A DNA stretch of 64,000 bases, taken from contig PWRN01000041.1 of assembly GCA_003556225.1 (NCBI GenBank), forward strand, positions 7,209-71,208, in the 5' to 3' direction. This DNA comes from Syntrophomonadaceae bacterium. GTDB taxonomy: Bacteria; Bacillota; Dethiobacteria; DTU022; UBA8154. Below the pieces are notes generated by a model. That model was not told where the DNA came from. It did no database searches and was given only the letters and a program-made list of their open reading frames with translations. The position numbers and the translations under genes are program-made. Positions 37,898-47,983 of this stretch are shown piece by piece; within the stretch, counting starts at the first letter, position 1, and each line of letters starts with the position of its first letter.

Positions 37898-40114
37898 ATG
37901 AGTTTGCAGTTATTAAAAAATCGGGTTTTAAAATATAACAGCCGGGAAGAGGACTGGGCCCTGATTCGCAAAGCGTACGATTTTGCGCTGCAGGCGCATT
38001 CCGGGCAGACGCGAGTTTCCGGCAGTTCTTACATTACCCACCCCCTGGGTGTTGCGCTGCTCTTGACCGAATTGGAACTGGACCTGGTGACCCTGATGAC
38101 CGGGTTATTGCACGATGTCCTGGAAGACACCAACATTACGTACGAGGAAATTGAAAAAGAATTCGGGGAGGAAGTTGCGTACCTGGTAGACGGGGTGACG
38201 AAATTAAGCCGTATGGAATTCCGGTCCAAGGAAGAACATCAGGCCGAAACCTGGCGCAAAATGTTCGTTGCCATGGACAAGGACATCCGGGTCATCCTGG
38301 TTAAACTGGCAGATCGCACCCACAACATGCGCACCCTGCGACACCTGAATCCCGAGAAGCAGAAGGAAGTAGCCAGGGAAACCCTGGAAATCTATGCGCC
38401 CCTGGCCCACCGCCTGGGGATCTACAAGATCAAGTGGGAGCTGGAGGACCTCGCGTTCCGTTACATGAACACCAGGGACTACTATGACCTGGTGGAGAAG
38501 CTGGCCAAAAATCGTCAAGAGCGGGAAGAGATTATCCAGCAGGCCATGAACATATTAAAAGAAAAATTAGAAGATGCCGGCATTGAGGGTGATATCAGCG
38601 GCCGACCCAAGCACCTTTACAGCATCTATACCAAGATGAAAGAGCAGGGGAAAGATCTTAACGAGATCTATGACCTCACAGCGGTGCGGGTTATTGTGAA
38701 CACTGTGAAGGACTGCTATGCCGCCCTGGGGATTGTGCACACCCTCTGGAAACCCATCCCCGGACATTTTAACGATTATATCGCCATGCCAAAATCCAAC
38801 ATGTATCAATCCCTGCATACCACGGTGGTATTCGCGGAAAATGAGCTTCTGGAAGTGCAAATCCGCACATGGGACATGCATCGCACGGCAGAATATGGGA
38901 TTGCCGCCCACTGGCGCTACAAGGAAAAGGCCCGGGATGACCGCGAGTTTGAAGAGAAGCTTTCCTGGTTGAGACAGCTCCTGGAGTGGCAGCAGGAACT
39001 GAAAGATGCCCACGAATTCATGGAGCATGTAAAAATTGACCTTTTCACCGATGAAGTATTTGTTTTTACGCCAAGGGGAGATGTGATCGACCTGCCCGCG
39101 GGTTCCATCCCCCTGGATTTTGCCTACAAGATCCACACCGATATCGGCAACCGCTGCGTGGGCGCCAAGGCCAACGGGCGGATTGTCCCCCTGGACTACC
39201 AGCTCAAAACGGGGGACATCATTGAAATTATCACCAGCAAGAGTGGAACGCCCAGCCGTGACTGGTTAAAGATGGTGAAGAGTTCCCAGGCCAAGAGCAA
39301 GATCCGGGCCTGGTTTAAAAAGGAACGCCGGGAAGAGAACATTTCCAAGGGGAAAGAGAGCCTGGAACGGGAGTTGCGCCGTCTCCACCTGGACTCCAGG
39401 GCCCTACTCAAGGAGCAGCTGGTGGAAGAAGTGGGCAAACGGTTTAACTTGCTCTCCGAGGAAGACGTTTATGCCGCGGTAGGTTACGGCGGGGTTTCTG
39501 TGCAGCAGGTTATCTCGAAACTGCGGGAGGAATACCGCAGGCTCTATGGGGACGAAGATGAGGCCCCCCCAGTTGAAATTAAGCCCTGGAAAGGTGCTGC
39601 CAAGGCAGCCCACGGGATCAAAGTGCAGGGTGTGGACAACCTGCTGGTCCGTTTTTCCAAGTGCTGCAATCCGCTGCCCGGTGATGATATAATCGGTTTT
39701 ATTACCCGGGGTCGCGGGGTTTCGATTCACCGCAGGGATTGTTCCAACATCCAGGGAGCAAGCGGCGACAACGATCGCTATATCAATGTTTTTTGGGAGA
39801 CAGACAGCGACCTTTCATACCCCGTTGAAATTGAAATTACTGCCATGGACCGGGCTAACCTCCTGGCCGAACTGATGAATGTTGTCAGCGAAAGCAAGGT
39901 AAATATTACAGCGGTAAATGGCCGCACCTCTAAGGATAAAGTGGCGATCATCCACCTGACCTTCGTGGTAAAGGACCTGGATCACCTGGAGTTTATCATG
40001 AATCGCTTGAAACGAGTCAAAGACGTGTTTTCCGTGAGACGGCATACCGGCGCAACGGCCGATAAAGAGAAATCGTCGCGCGGCAAGCACCGGAAAGGCG
40101 GTCGAGGAACCTGA
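37898..40114 (+). CDS. relA: bifunctional (p)ppGpp synthetase/hydrolase RelA/SpoT
   Basis: 738 aa; HD hydrolase domain (HPLGVA…HDVLED), RelA_SpoT synthetase domain, TGS and C-terminal ACT. Confidence 0.9.
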   Translation: MSLQLLKNRVLKYNSREEDWALIRKAYDFALQAHSGQTRVSGSSYITHPLGVALLLTELELDLVTLMTGLLHDVLEDTNITYEEIEKEFGEEVAYLVDGVTKLSRMEFRSKEEHQAETWRKMFVAMDKDIRVILVKLADRTHNMRTLRHLNPEKQKEVARETLEIYAPLAHRLGIYKIKWELEDLAFRYMNTRDYYDLVEKLAKNRQEREEIIQQAMNILKEKLEDAGIEGDISGRPKHLYSIYTKMKEQGKDLNEIYDLTAVRVIVNTVKDCYAALGIVHTLWKPIPGHFNDYIAMPKSNMYQSLHTTVVFAENELLEVQIRTWDMHRTAEYGIAAHWRYKEKARDDREFEEKLSWLRQLLEWQQELKDAHEFMEHVKIDLFTDEVFVFTPRGDVIDLPAGSIPLDFAYKIHTDIGNRCVGAKANGRIVPLDYQLKTGDIIEIITSKSGTPSRDWLKMVKSSQAKSKIRAWFKKERREENISKGKESLERELRRLHLDSRALLKEQLVEEVGKRFNLLSEEDVYAAVGYGGVSVQQVISKLREEYRRLYGDEDEAPPVEIKPWKGAAKAAHGIKVQGVDNLLVRFSKCCNPLPGDDIIGFITRGRGVSIHRRDCSNIQGASGDNDRYINVFWETDSDLSYPVEIEITAMDRANLLAELMNVVSESKVNITAVNGRTSKDKVAIIHLTFVVKDLDHLEFIMNRLKRVKDVFSVRRHTGATADKEKSSRGKHRKGGRGT

Positions 40115-40563
40115 TGCGGGCAGTTGTGCAGCGAGCCGGACCCTCCAGGGTCGAGGTAAAAGGGGAGACGGTAGGAAGGATTGAAAAAGGACTGGTCGTC
40201 TTTGCCGGGGTCGGTCAAGGTGACGACTCGGCCGACTGCAGCTACCTGGCCGAAAAAATTGCCGGGCTGCGCATCTTTGAAGACGAACAAGGTAAGATGA
40301 ACCGGTCCCTGCAGCAAGTCGGGGGCGAGGTGCTCTGCATCTCCCAGTTCACCCTCTACGGTGATACCCGCAAGGGACGCAGGCCCAGCTTTGTGCAGGC
40401 CGCAAATCCGGAAAAAGCGGAAGAGCTCTACAGCATGCTCTGTCAACTGCTCCGTGAAAAAGGAATCCGTGTAGCTGCAGGGATCTTCCAGGCCGCGATG
40501 CGGGTTTTTGTAGAAAACGACGGCCCGGTGACCATCTTGATTGACAGCAAGAAGCAGGTCTAA
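40114..40563 (+). CDS. dtd: D-aminoacyl-tRNA deacylase
   Basis: 149 aa; MRAVVQRA…-type N-terminus and SQFTLYGD motif; ATG overlaps the relA stop. Confidence 0.85.
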   Translation: MRAVVQRAGPSRVEVKGETVGRIEKGLVVFAGVGQGDDSADCSYLAEKIAGLRIFEDEQGKMNRSLQQVGGEVLCISQFTLYGDTRKGRRPSFVQAANPEKAEELYSMLCQLLREKGIRVAAGIFQAAMRVFVENDGPVTILIDSKKQV

Positions 40564-40629
40564 GGAAGCCTGGTGATCACGCCTGTCCAGGAATAAAGAC
40601 TCATTTCCTTGCCTGCCCTCAACCCCGAG

Positions 40630-40659
40630 TTGACAAGGGCCGGGCAAGTGGCTTAAAAT
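40630..40659 (+). promoter_or_regulatory. sigma-A promoter (TTGACA-18-TAAAAT) for hisS-aspS
   Basis: read directly; the leader is too short (~45 nt) for a T-box. Confidence 0.5.
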
Positions 40660-40704
40660 CTAAGTTGTGTACGGAAAATTGTTCGCGTCGGACGGAGGCC
40701 AGCA

Positions 40705-41979
40705 ATGAAACACAAAGCACCGCGGGGAACCAAGGATGTTCTGCCCACTGATATGCCCGCCTGGCATCATCTGGAAAATGTATTTGAAGCATTATGCCGC
40801 GCCTATGGTTATGCGGAGATACGGACGCCAATCTTTGAAGATGTGGAGGTTTTCATCCGTAGTGTGGGGGAAGAGAGCGATGTGGTCCAAAAAGAAATGT
40901 ATACCTTCACTGATCGGGGGGGAAGGGTTTTAGCCCTGAGGCCGGAATGCACGGCAGGTGTTTCCAGGGCCTTTATCGAGCACGGCTTTCATAACCTGCC
41001 CCAGCCCGTGAAACTTTATTACCGGGGTCCGATGTTCAGGTACGACCGTCCGCAGGCCGGACGACAGCGGCAGTTCTACCAGATGGGAATCGAGCTGTTC
41101 GGCTCCACGGACCCCGGGTCCGATCTAGAAGTGATCAAGTTTACTTCTGCATTTTTTGATCGCCTCGGTTTCAAAGGGCTGCAGCTGCATTTAAACAGCG
41201 TGGGTTGCAGGGAATGCAGGCCGCCTTACCAGGAGCGATTGAAAGAGGTCGTCGAGCCTCGCAAGGCGGCACTGTGTCCTGATTGTCAAAAACGCCTGCA
41301 GGATAATCCCCTGCGTTTATTGGACTGCAAGGTGCCCGGTTGCCAGGTAGCCTTGCAAGGCGTTCCCCGCATCGATGAGCACTTGTGTGCATTCTGCGCC
41401 GCCCACTTTGAAGCGGTAAAAACCAGGCTGGATTTGCTGGGAATTGATTATCTATTGGATCCTCGCCTGGTCCGGGGACTGGATTATTATACCCATACGG
41501 CATTTGAATTTGTTTCGCAATCTTTGGGCTCGCAGTATTCCCTGGGCGGCGGCGGGCGTTATGATGACCTGATCGAAGCCTTTGCAGGACCCCCCACACC
41601 CGGGGTCGGCATGGCCGTGGGGGTGGAGCGGATTTTGCTGGCCATGGAAAAGGAAGGTCTTTCCCTGCCGCCGGCCGAACTGGAGGGCGTCTTCATCGCG
41701 GCAGCCCCGGCTGCCATGGCAAACGAGGGGCTGGTATTATTATACCGGCTCCGGGAAGCCGGCCTGAGAGCGGAAGCGGATTACATGGGTCGCAGCCTCA
41801 AGGCGATGATGAAACATGCCCACCGCGGCAAATACCGCTTTGCTGTCATTTTGGATGAAGAAACCAGGGAGAGAGGCGTTTGGAAAATCAGGGATATGGC
41901 CGTGGGAGCACAGCGGGAATACAGCTACGAAGAACTGCTGGCGTATCTTTTGGGTCAGCGGGTTGAAGACAGAGCATAA
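40705..41979 (+). CDS. hisS: histidine--tRNA ligase
   Basis: 424 aa; class II aaRS motifs and HisRS signature (…RYDRPQAGRQRQFYQ…; GGGRYD). Confidence 0.9.
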   Translation: MKHKAPRGTKDVLPTDMPAWHHLENVFEALCRAYGYAEIRTPIFEDVEVFIRSVGEESDVVQKEMYTFTDRGGRVLALRPECTAGVSRAFIEHGFHNLPQPVKLYYRGPMFRYDRPQAGRQRQFYQMGIELFGSTDPGSDLEVIKFTSAFFDRLGFKGLQLHLNSVGCRECRPPYQERLKEVVEPRKAALCPDCQKRLQDNPLRLLDCKVPGCQVALQGVPRIDEHLCAFCAAHFEAVKTRLDLLGIDYLLDPRLVRGLDYYTHTAFEFVSQSLGSQYSLGGGGRYDDLIEAFAGPPTPGVGMAVGVERILLAMEKEGLSLPPAELEGVFIAAAPAAMANEGLVLLYRLREAGLRAEADYMGRSLKAMMKHAHRGKYRFAVILDEETRERGVWKIRDMAVGAQREYSYEELLAYLLGQRVEDRA

Positions 41980-42030
41980 TATTTTTCAGGGATCATGGAA
42001 GGGGGCGTGCAGCCAAAGGGGCTGGAGAAA

Positions 42031-43809
42031 ATGCGATTAAAAAGGACATTTCACTGCGGAAAGCTGGATAAAAATTATATCGGTAATCGGGTCGTTGTTG
42101 CCGGCTGGGTGCAGGGGCGCCGTGACCACGGAGGGCTCATTTTCATCGACCTCAGGGATCGTTACGGGATTATCCAGGTGGTTTTTGACCAGCAAAAAAA
42201 TGCAGACTTTTTTTCCCAGGCGGAAAAGCTGCGTGCGGAATACGTGATTGCGGTGGCGGGCCAGGTCGTGGCCCGCTCGGAGGAGACTGTGAATCCGAAA
42301 CTTCCGACGGGAGAGATTGAAATCACCACGGAAGACATGGAGGTCTTCAGCACATCTCGCACACCGCCTTTTTATATTGAAGACCAGCTGGATACCGACG
42401 AAAATATACGTTTATCTTATCGCTACCTGGACCTGCGTCGACCTGAGATGCAGCGGTCGCTGGAGCTCAGGCACAGGGTTTCCCTGGCAACCCGGGAGTA
42501 CCTGGATGCGGCGGGGTTCTGGGAAATCGAAACCCCGTTTTTGACGCGTAGCACCCCTGAAGGCGCGAGGGATTACCTGGTTCCCAGCCGTACGGCACCG
42601 GGCAATTTTTTCGCGTTACCGCAATCCCCCCAGCTGTTCAAGCAGCTTCTCATGGTTTCCGGTGTTGATCGATATTTCCAGATTGTGCGCTGTTTTCGAG
42701 ATGAAGACCTGCGGGCGGATCGGCAGCCGGAATTTACCCAGATTGACATGGAAATGAGTTTTTGTGACCGAAGAGATATCATGGAAGAAGTCGAAAACCT
42801 GGTTTGCAGCTTGTTTGCCAGGGTGCTCGGCAAAAAACTACACAGCCCCTTCCCGGTACTCACCTATGCTGAGGCCATGGAACGCTATGGCAGCGATCGA
42901 CCCGATAGACGCTTTGGCATGGAGCTAAAGGATATCTCGGATATTGCTGCGCGCTGCGGATTTAACGTCTTTAAAAAGGTCGTAGAAAGAAACGGCGCAG
43001 TCAAGGGTCTCCTGGTTCAAGAAGGCGGATCCTTCAGCCGGAAGGAGCTCGATGACCTCACGGCCCTGGTCCAGTCTTGGGGAACCGGTGGGCTGGCCTG
43101 GATGATCGTTACCGAGGATGAAGTAAAATCTCCTATCAGCAAGTTCTTCACGTCGGAGCAATTGGCGGACTTGAGCAGGAGGCTGGAAGGAAAGCCTGGC
43201 GACGTGCTGCTCTTCGTGGCCGACAAGAAAGAACTCGCGTTAAAAGTGTTGGGCCAGCTGCGACTTCACCTGGCGCACAAGTTAGGGCGGATTCCTGGGG
43301 ATGTCGATGACTTTCTCTGGGTGGTCGATTTCCCGCTCTTTGTCTACGACGATGAAGAAGAAAGATTTGCCGCCAACCACCATCCCTTTACGGCCCCCCT
43401 TCCGGAGGACCTCACCATGCTGGAGGACAGCCCGCTGAAGGCGCGTTCCCAGGCCTACGACCTGGTCTACAACGGCATCGAGGTAGCGGGAGGAAGCATT
43501 CGTATCCACGATCGGGCAACCCAGGAGCGAATTTTCGGTTTGCTGCAAATGACCCCCGAGGAGGCCGTAGAGAAGTTTGGTTTCCTCCTGCAGGCCTTCG
43601 AGTACGGTGCTCCCCCCCACGGCGGCATTGCGTTTGGGCTGGACCGCTTATTGATGCTCATGGCGGGCGACACCAGCATCCGAAATGTAATCCCCTTTCC
43701 GAAGACAGCATCTGGGAATTGCTTGTTGACAGGCGCGCCGGCTCCGGTTACGCCCGCCCAACTCCGGGAACTGCATATTTCTTTGTGTAAAAACGAAAAA
43801 CAACCATGA
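42031..43809 (+). CDS. aspS: aspartate--tRNA ligase
   Basis: MRLKRTFHCGKL…GWVQGRRDHGGLIFIDLRD is the AspRS anticodon-binding N-terminus; QSPQLFKQ and class II motifs; start ATG 42031 (ORF track 41995). Confidence 0.9.
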   Translation: MRLKRTFHCGKLDKNYIGNRVVVAGWVQGRRDHGGLIFIDLRDRYGIIQVVFDQQKNADFFSQAEKLRAEYVIAVAGQVVARSEETVNPKLPTGEIEITTEDMEVFSTSRTPPFYIEDQLDTDENIRLSYRYLDLRRPEMQRSLELRHRVSLATREYLDAAGFWEIETPFLTRSTPEGARDYLVPSRTAPGNFFALPQSPQLFKQLLMVSGVDRYFQIVRCFRDEDLRADRQPEFTQIDMEMSFCDRRDIMEEVENLVCSLFARVLGKKLHSPFPVLTYAEAMERYGSDRPDRRFGMELKDISDIAARCGFNVFKKVVERNGAVKGLLVQEGGSFSRKELDDLTALVQSWGTGGLAWMIVTEDEVKSPISKFFTSEQLADLSRRLEGKPGDVLLFVADKKELALKVLGQLRLHLAHKLGRIPGDVDDFLWVVDFPLFVYDDEEERFAANHHPFTAPLPEDLTMLEDSPLKARSQAYDLVYNGIEVAGGSIRIHDRATQERIFGLLQMTPEEAVEKFGFLLQAFEYGAPPHGGIAFGLDRLLMLMAGDTSIRNVIPFPKTASGNCLLTGAPAPVTPAQLRELHISLCKNEKQP

Positions 43810-44318
43810 AATTCGCGTAATCCCCCGGGGAAAAGTCGAGGGATCTGAACCTGATCAGGTAAGGAAACCATGCTGCGGTTATTCCCGGTTTTTCCCCCTT
43901 GCCAGACGAGGGGATTTGTGCTATCATAATATTGCAAAAACGAATGAGAAATACCCTGCTGTGCGCGTGACAAACCGCGAATGTTTTGAGCTAACACTAA
44001 CGAAATGGGAGCCTGCCTTTACGTGTGGCGCAGATGCCTCGATGTAAGCGAGGACCTGTAAAGCAAGTAAGAGGGCACCCACCTTGAGAGAGGGCGTTCA
44101 AAACAAGCGGACCACGGTACGGTGGGGTTGTTTTTTTGTGATTGCCCTCCACGGCTGTTGTCTCGGAAAAGAAAAATGTTATAATGTCAATGGAACAGGC
44201 AGGATTATATCCCTTTCATTCCCCATTTATTTAAGTTCAACGGGGTTGGCTGCAAGCTTCCGCGGTTGGCTCGCGGGGATCATGAACGGGTTTTAGACTT
44301 ATCGCCGGGGGTGATACA

Positions 44319-45647
44319 ATGGCTGCTCGCACCATCCAGGAAACCCTGACCCAGATCTTGCTGCAGGTGAAAGAAGGCACTCATCCCAGCGACTTGGCCG
44401 AACTGGTTGATGAACTCAGCGATGAGCAGAAAAAAGAGCTGTTTGACCTGCTTTCCGATGAAGACGCGGCACTGATCATACAGGAAATGGAAGACTTTGA
44501 CCAGGTATCCCTGCTGCGCCTGTTGACCCGGCACAAAGCTTCGGCGATTCTGCGGGAGATGTCCGTGGATGACGCCACCGACCTGGTGGGCGATCTTCCC
44601 ATCGAAGAAGCCAGGGAATTGCTTTCGCTGATCGATGAAGAAGCAGAAGAAATCAAAGGCTTGCTGAAATACCCGGAAGACTCCGCTGGCGGCATTATGA
44701 CGACCGAGTTCATTGCTCTTCCCGAGGATATCCCCGTCGAAGAGGCCATTTCCCGCCTGCGCGAAGTTGCCCCCGATGCGGAGATCGTCTACTATGTATA
44801 CGTCGTCGATCCTCAGACCCGGCTGACGGGTGTCCTTTCCCTGCGAGACCTGATCGCTGCCGATGACGGCACGCTCCTGCAGGATATCATGTATCGCAAT
44901 CTCATCACCGTGCAGGCGGAGACGGACCAGGAAGAAGTGGCCCGGGTCGTCTCCCGCTATGACCTCCTGGCCGTACCGGTCGTGGATGAAGAAAACCGGC
45001 TGCTTGGCATCATCACGGTCGATGACATCCTCGACGTGATCGAAGAAGAGGCCACAGAGGATATTTACCGGCTTACCGGGACGGGTGAAGTGACCGGGGT
45101 CGATATCCTGGAAGCTACTGTCTTTGGCCTGGCCCGCAAGCGAATGCCCTGGCTGCTGATCAGCCTCATGGGTGGACTTATCTCCGGCAGCGTCATCGGG
45201 GCGTTTGAGCACACCCTGGAGACGATTGTGATTCTCGCCGTGTTTATTCCCGTGATCATGGACATGGGGGGCAATGTGGGGACACAATCTTCCACGCTTT
45301 TCGTGCGGGGGCTGGCCACGGGCGAGATCAGTCCCGCTGATGTCTGGCGCTATTTTTTTCGTGAAACCCGGGTTGGTTTAACCATGGGGATCTTGAACGG
45401 GTTCTTTGTGGCGCTGGTAGCCACCCTCTGGCAGGGCATGCCCCTGCTGGGCGTGGTGGTGGGCATTGCCATGTTCAGCACCATTACCCTGGCGGCCCTG
45501 ATCGGCACCTTGGTTCCCATGTTTTTTAATTATTACGGCATCGATCCTGCCATTACCGCGGGTCCCTTTGTCACGACCATTAAAGATGTAACCGGGCTGC
45601 TGATCTATTTTTGGATCGCCACGGCATTTATGAGCCACCTCATCTAG
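44319..45647 (+). CDS. mgtE: magnesium transporter MgtE (N-terminal domain, tandem CBS, C-terminal TM domain)
   Basis: 442 aa; MgtE N-domain, CBS pair, five TM helices with a GNVGTQ-type motif. Confidence 0.85.
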   Translation: MAARTIQETLTQILLQVKEGTHPSDLAELVDELSDEQKKELFDLLSDEDAALIIQEMEDFDQVSLLRLLTRHKASAILREMSVDDATDLVGDLPIEEARELLSLIDEEAEEIKGLLKYPEDSAGGIMTTEFIALPEDIPVEEAISRLREVAPDAEIVYYVYVVDPQTRLTGVLSLRDLIAADDGTLLQDIMYRNLITVQAETDQEEVARVVSRYDLLAVPVVDEENRLLGIITVDDILDVIEEEATEDIYRLTGTGEVTGVDILEATVFGLARKRMPWLLISLMGGLISGSVIGAFEHTLETIVILAVFIPVIMDMGGNVGTQSSTLFVRGLATGEISPADVWRYFFRETRVGLTMGILNGFFVALVATLWQGMPLLGVVVGIAMFSTITLAALIGTLVPMFFNYYGIDPAITAGPFVTTIKDVTGLLIYFWIATAFMSHLI

Positions 45648-45710
45648 AGCGTCTTGAGCTTCTTGGCTCCTTGATCAGCACACAAAAAAAGTATGATCAC
45701 CATTGTTTCC

Positions 45711-45745
45711 AGGTGCAGGCCTTTTCTTTGCCTGCACCTTTTACT
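45711..45745 (+). terminator. rho-independent terminator after mgtE
   Basis: AGGTGCAGGC-n10-CCTGCACCTTTT. Confidence 0.6.
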
Positions 45746-45946
45746 TGTGTTATTGCAAATTCCATGGCGGAGAGCAAGCGGGGAAAAAAGAGTTTATTCC
45801 CGGGCAAGCCTGATCACCGGGTAAAGAAATGCAATGTTCGGGGCTGCAGAAATTTTTGAAGCAGGTGAATCGAAAATCCGGTAAACGAACGTGTCCGGGG
45901 AAGCAAAAAGGGATGCTGAGGGACTGGATATCCCGGCTAGAGCGTA

Positions 45947-45986
45947 AGGAGAAAGCTCCTCAATAAAAATCTTTCTCCTTTTTTTA
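45947..45986 (+). terminator. hairpin plus U-run (GGAGAAAG…CTTTCTCCTTTTTTT) just upstream of the mraZ promoter
   Basis: read directly. Confidence 0.4.
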
Positions 45987-46005
45987 AATTTTTTTACGAT
46001 TTTAC

Positions 46006-46034
46006 TTGCAGGAAATTAAAAAAGAGGGTAGAAT
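46006..46034 (+). promoter_or_regulatory. sigma-A type promoter of the dcw cluster (TTGCAG-17-TAGAAT)
   Basis: read directly; the MraZ boxes lie immediately downstream. Confidence 0.5.
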
Positions 46035-46045
46035 ATATAAAAAAA

Positions 46046-46069
46046 GTGGTTCAAAGTGGTTTAAAGTGG
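46046..46069 (+). promoter_or_regulatory. MraZ operator: three direct GTGG repeats with 10-bp periodicity (AAGTGGttcAAAGTGGtttAAAGTGGag)
   Basis: read directly; matches the known MraZ binding-site architecture (tandem GTGG(G/T) repeats spaced 10 bp) upstream of mraZ. Confidence 0.6.
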
Positions 46070-46113
46070 AGAACAGGGTCGGCAAACTCCCTGGGAAGTG
46101 GAGAATGAGCGCG

Positions 46114-46545
46114 ATGTTAATGGGAGAATACATACATACGCTGGATAAAAAGGGTCGGTTTATTGTTCCCTCCCGCTTTCGAGAAGAGCTGGGAGAGCGG
46201 TTTATTATCACCCGGGGACTGGATCGCTGCCTTTTTCTCTATCCGCGCAGGGAGTGGGCCAACCTGGAGAACCGGCTCAAGGAGCTTCCCCTGGCCAAGG
46301 CGGAAGCGAGAAAATTCACGCGTATCTTTTTTTCCGGCGCTTCCGAGGTAGAAATTGATAAACAGGGCCGCACCTTGATCCCTCCACAGTTGAGAGAGCA
46401 TGCTGATTTACATAAAGAAGTCGTGATTATCGGGGTTTCCAACCGGGCTGAAATTTGGAGCAAGGAAAACTGGGATGCGTACAGTAATGAATCGGATCTA
46501 TCTTTTGAGCAGGTTGCTGAAAAGATGATTGATTTTCAGTTTTAA
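46114..46545 (+). CDS. mraZ: transcriptional regulator MraZ
   Basis: [24 protein letters not shown]… closely matches the B. subtilis MraZ N-terminus; two DXXXR repeats. Confidence 0.85.
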   Translation: MLMGEYIHTLDKKGRFIVPSRFREELGERFIITRGLDRCLFLYPRREWANLENRLKELPLAKAEARKFTRIFFSGASEVEIDKQGRTLIPPQLREHADLHKEVVIIGVSNRAEIWSKENWDAYSNESDLSFEQVAEKMIDFQF

Positions 46546-46566
46546 CAGGCATGGGAGAGACAAGAT

Positions 46567-47547
46567 ATGGGCCCCGGGATTAACGGCAGCGGCTTTAAAC
46601 ATCATCCAGTTCTTTTAGGGGAAGCGGTTCACCTATTAAACCCGCATCCCGGGGCCATCATGGTTGACGCGACGCTGGGCGGCGGCGGCCACGCCGAAGC
46701 GATCCTGCAGAAAATTATGCCGGGAGGAACTTTGATCGGGATTGACGTGGATCCGGAGGCCCTTGATGCCGCCCGGGAAAGGTTAAAGCCGTTTGGAAAA
46801 GCATTCGTGGCCGTGCTGGATAATTTTGCTAACCTGCAGCCTGTCCTGGCGGAACTGGGCCTGCAGCGCCTGGACGGCATCTTGATGGATCTGGGCGTAT
46901 CTTCTCACCAGCTGGATCGTGCCGAACGAGGATTTTCTTACCAGGCAGATGTCTTCCTGGATATGCGCATGGATCCGGGCCTGGAACAGACGGCCACAGA
47001 TCTTTTAGGAAGGTTATCCAGGGAAGAATTGACGACTCTGTTCAAAACCCTGGGAGAGGAAAAATGGTCGAGCCGCATTGCCTCATTTATCGAGGCTTAT
47101 CGCTTGCAAAAAGGTTCGATAACACGCAGTTCACAGCTGGTCGAGATCATCAAGCAGGCGATCCCGGCTTCATCACGGCGCAAGGGTGGACATCCAGCGA
47201 AAAGAATTTTCCAGGCGCTGCGCATGGCCGTGAACAGGGAGCTGGATAATTTGCAGCAGGGGCTGCAGCAAGGCATTGCTAGCTTGAAACCGGGGGGGCG
47301 TATGGTTGTCATTGCCTATCACTCCCTGGAAGATGGCCTGGTAAAACGGTATTTCCAGGAGCTGGCCCAACCCTGCATTTGTCATCCGAGATTTCCGGTG
47401 TGCCAGTGTGGTCGCCTTCCACAAGTGCAATGGCTAACCCCTAAGGTTATTTTCCCGGGGGCCCGGGAAATTCAGGCCAATCCCCGGGCTCGAAGTGCCC
47501 GATTAAGAACAGTGGAAAAGCTTGACGCGGGAAGCAGGAAAACGTAA
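46567..47547 (+). CDS. rsmH: 16S rRNA (cytosine1402-N4)-methyltransferase
   Basis: HHPVLL…, VDATLGGGGHA and ILMDLGVSSHQLD motifs. Confidence 0.9.
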   Translation: MGPGINGSGFKHHPVLLGEAVHLLNPHPGAIMVDATLGGGGHAEAILQKIMPGGTLIGIDVDPEALDAARERLKPFGKAFVAVLDNFANLQPVLAELGLQRLDGILMDLGVSSHQLDRAERGFSYQADVFLDMRMDPGLEQTATDLLGRLSREELTTLFKTLGEEKWSSRIASFIEAYRLQKGSITRSSQLVEIIKQAIPASSRRKGGHPAKRIFQALRMAVNRELDNLQQGLQQGIASLKPGGRMVVIAYHSLEDGLVKRYFQELAQPCICHPRFPVCQCGRLPQVQWLTPKVIFPGAREIQANPRARSARLRTVEKLDAGSRKT

Positions 47548-47568
47548 AAGATTCAACAAGACGGGCAG

Positions 47569-47976
47569 GTGAAAACCTTGATCGTAACGAAAGAAAAAGC
47601 CAGGGCGGGTTACCCCCTCCAGCAAAAACCGGCCCAAAAGCGAAGACCTCCCGGGCAGGAACGGGCCCAGCCCTCTTCCCGGGCCAGGACTGCGGGAAGG
47701 CCCGCAGAAAGCTTACTCCTGTGTGTATTAATCCTGCTTTTGATCGCTGTCAGCATCGGTTTAATCGCGCAATACAGTCAAGTTTTGGCCCTTAATTACC
47801 AGATTCAGCAGGTCGATCAGCAAATTGCGCAATTGCAAAAAGAAAATGAACGACTTGCCCTGGAAGTCAGGAGTATGAGCTCCCTGGAGCGGATTGAGAG
47901 CATTGCGGTTCATGATCTGGGACTGCAGTATCCGGAACAAAAGCAGTGGCTGAGATTATCTGCCAGGGGAGATTAG
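47569..47976 (+). CDS. ftsL: cell division protein FtsL
   Basis: 135 aa; basic N-terminus, single TM helix, then a coiled-coil (QVDQQIAQLQKENERLALEV); positioned between rsmH and the PBP gene. Confidence 0.7.
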   Translation: MKTLIVTKEKARAGYPLQQKPAQKRRPPGQERAQPSSRARTAGRPAESLLLCVLILLLIAVSIGLIAQYSQVLALNYQIQQVDQQIAQLQKENERLALEVRSMSSLERIESIAVHDLGLQYPEQKQWLRLSARGD

Positions 47977-47983
47977 GATCCCA

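Noticed and set aside
40564-40704. T-box upstream of hisS-aspS
   Set aside because: The leader from the promoter to the ATG is only ~45 nt. No T-box sequence or terminator is present.
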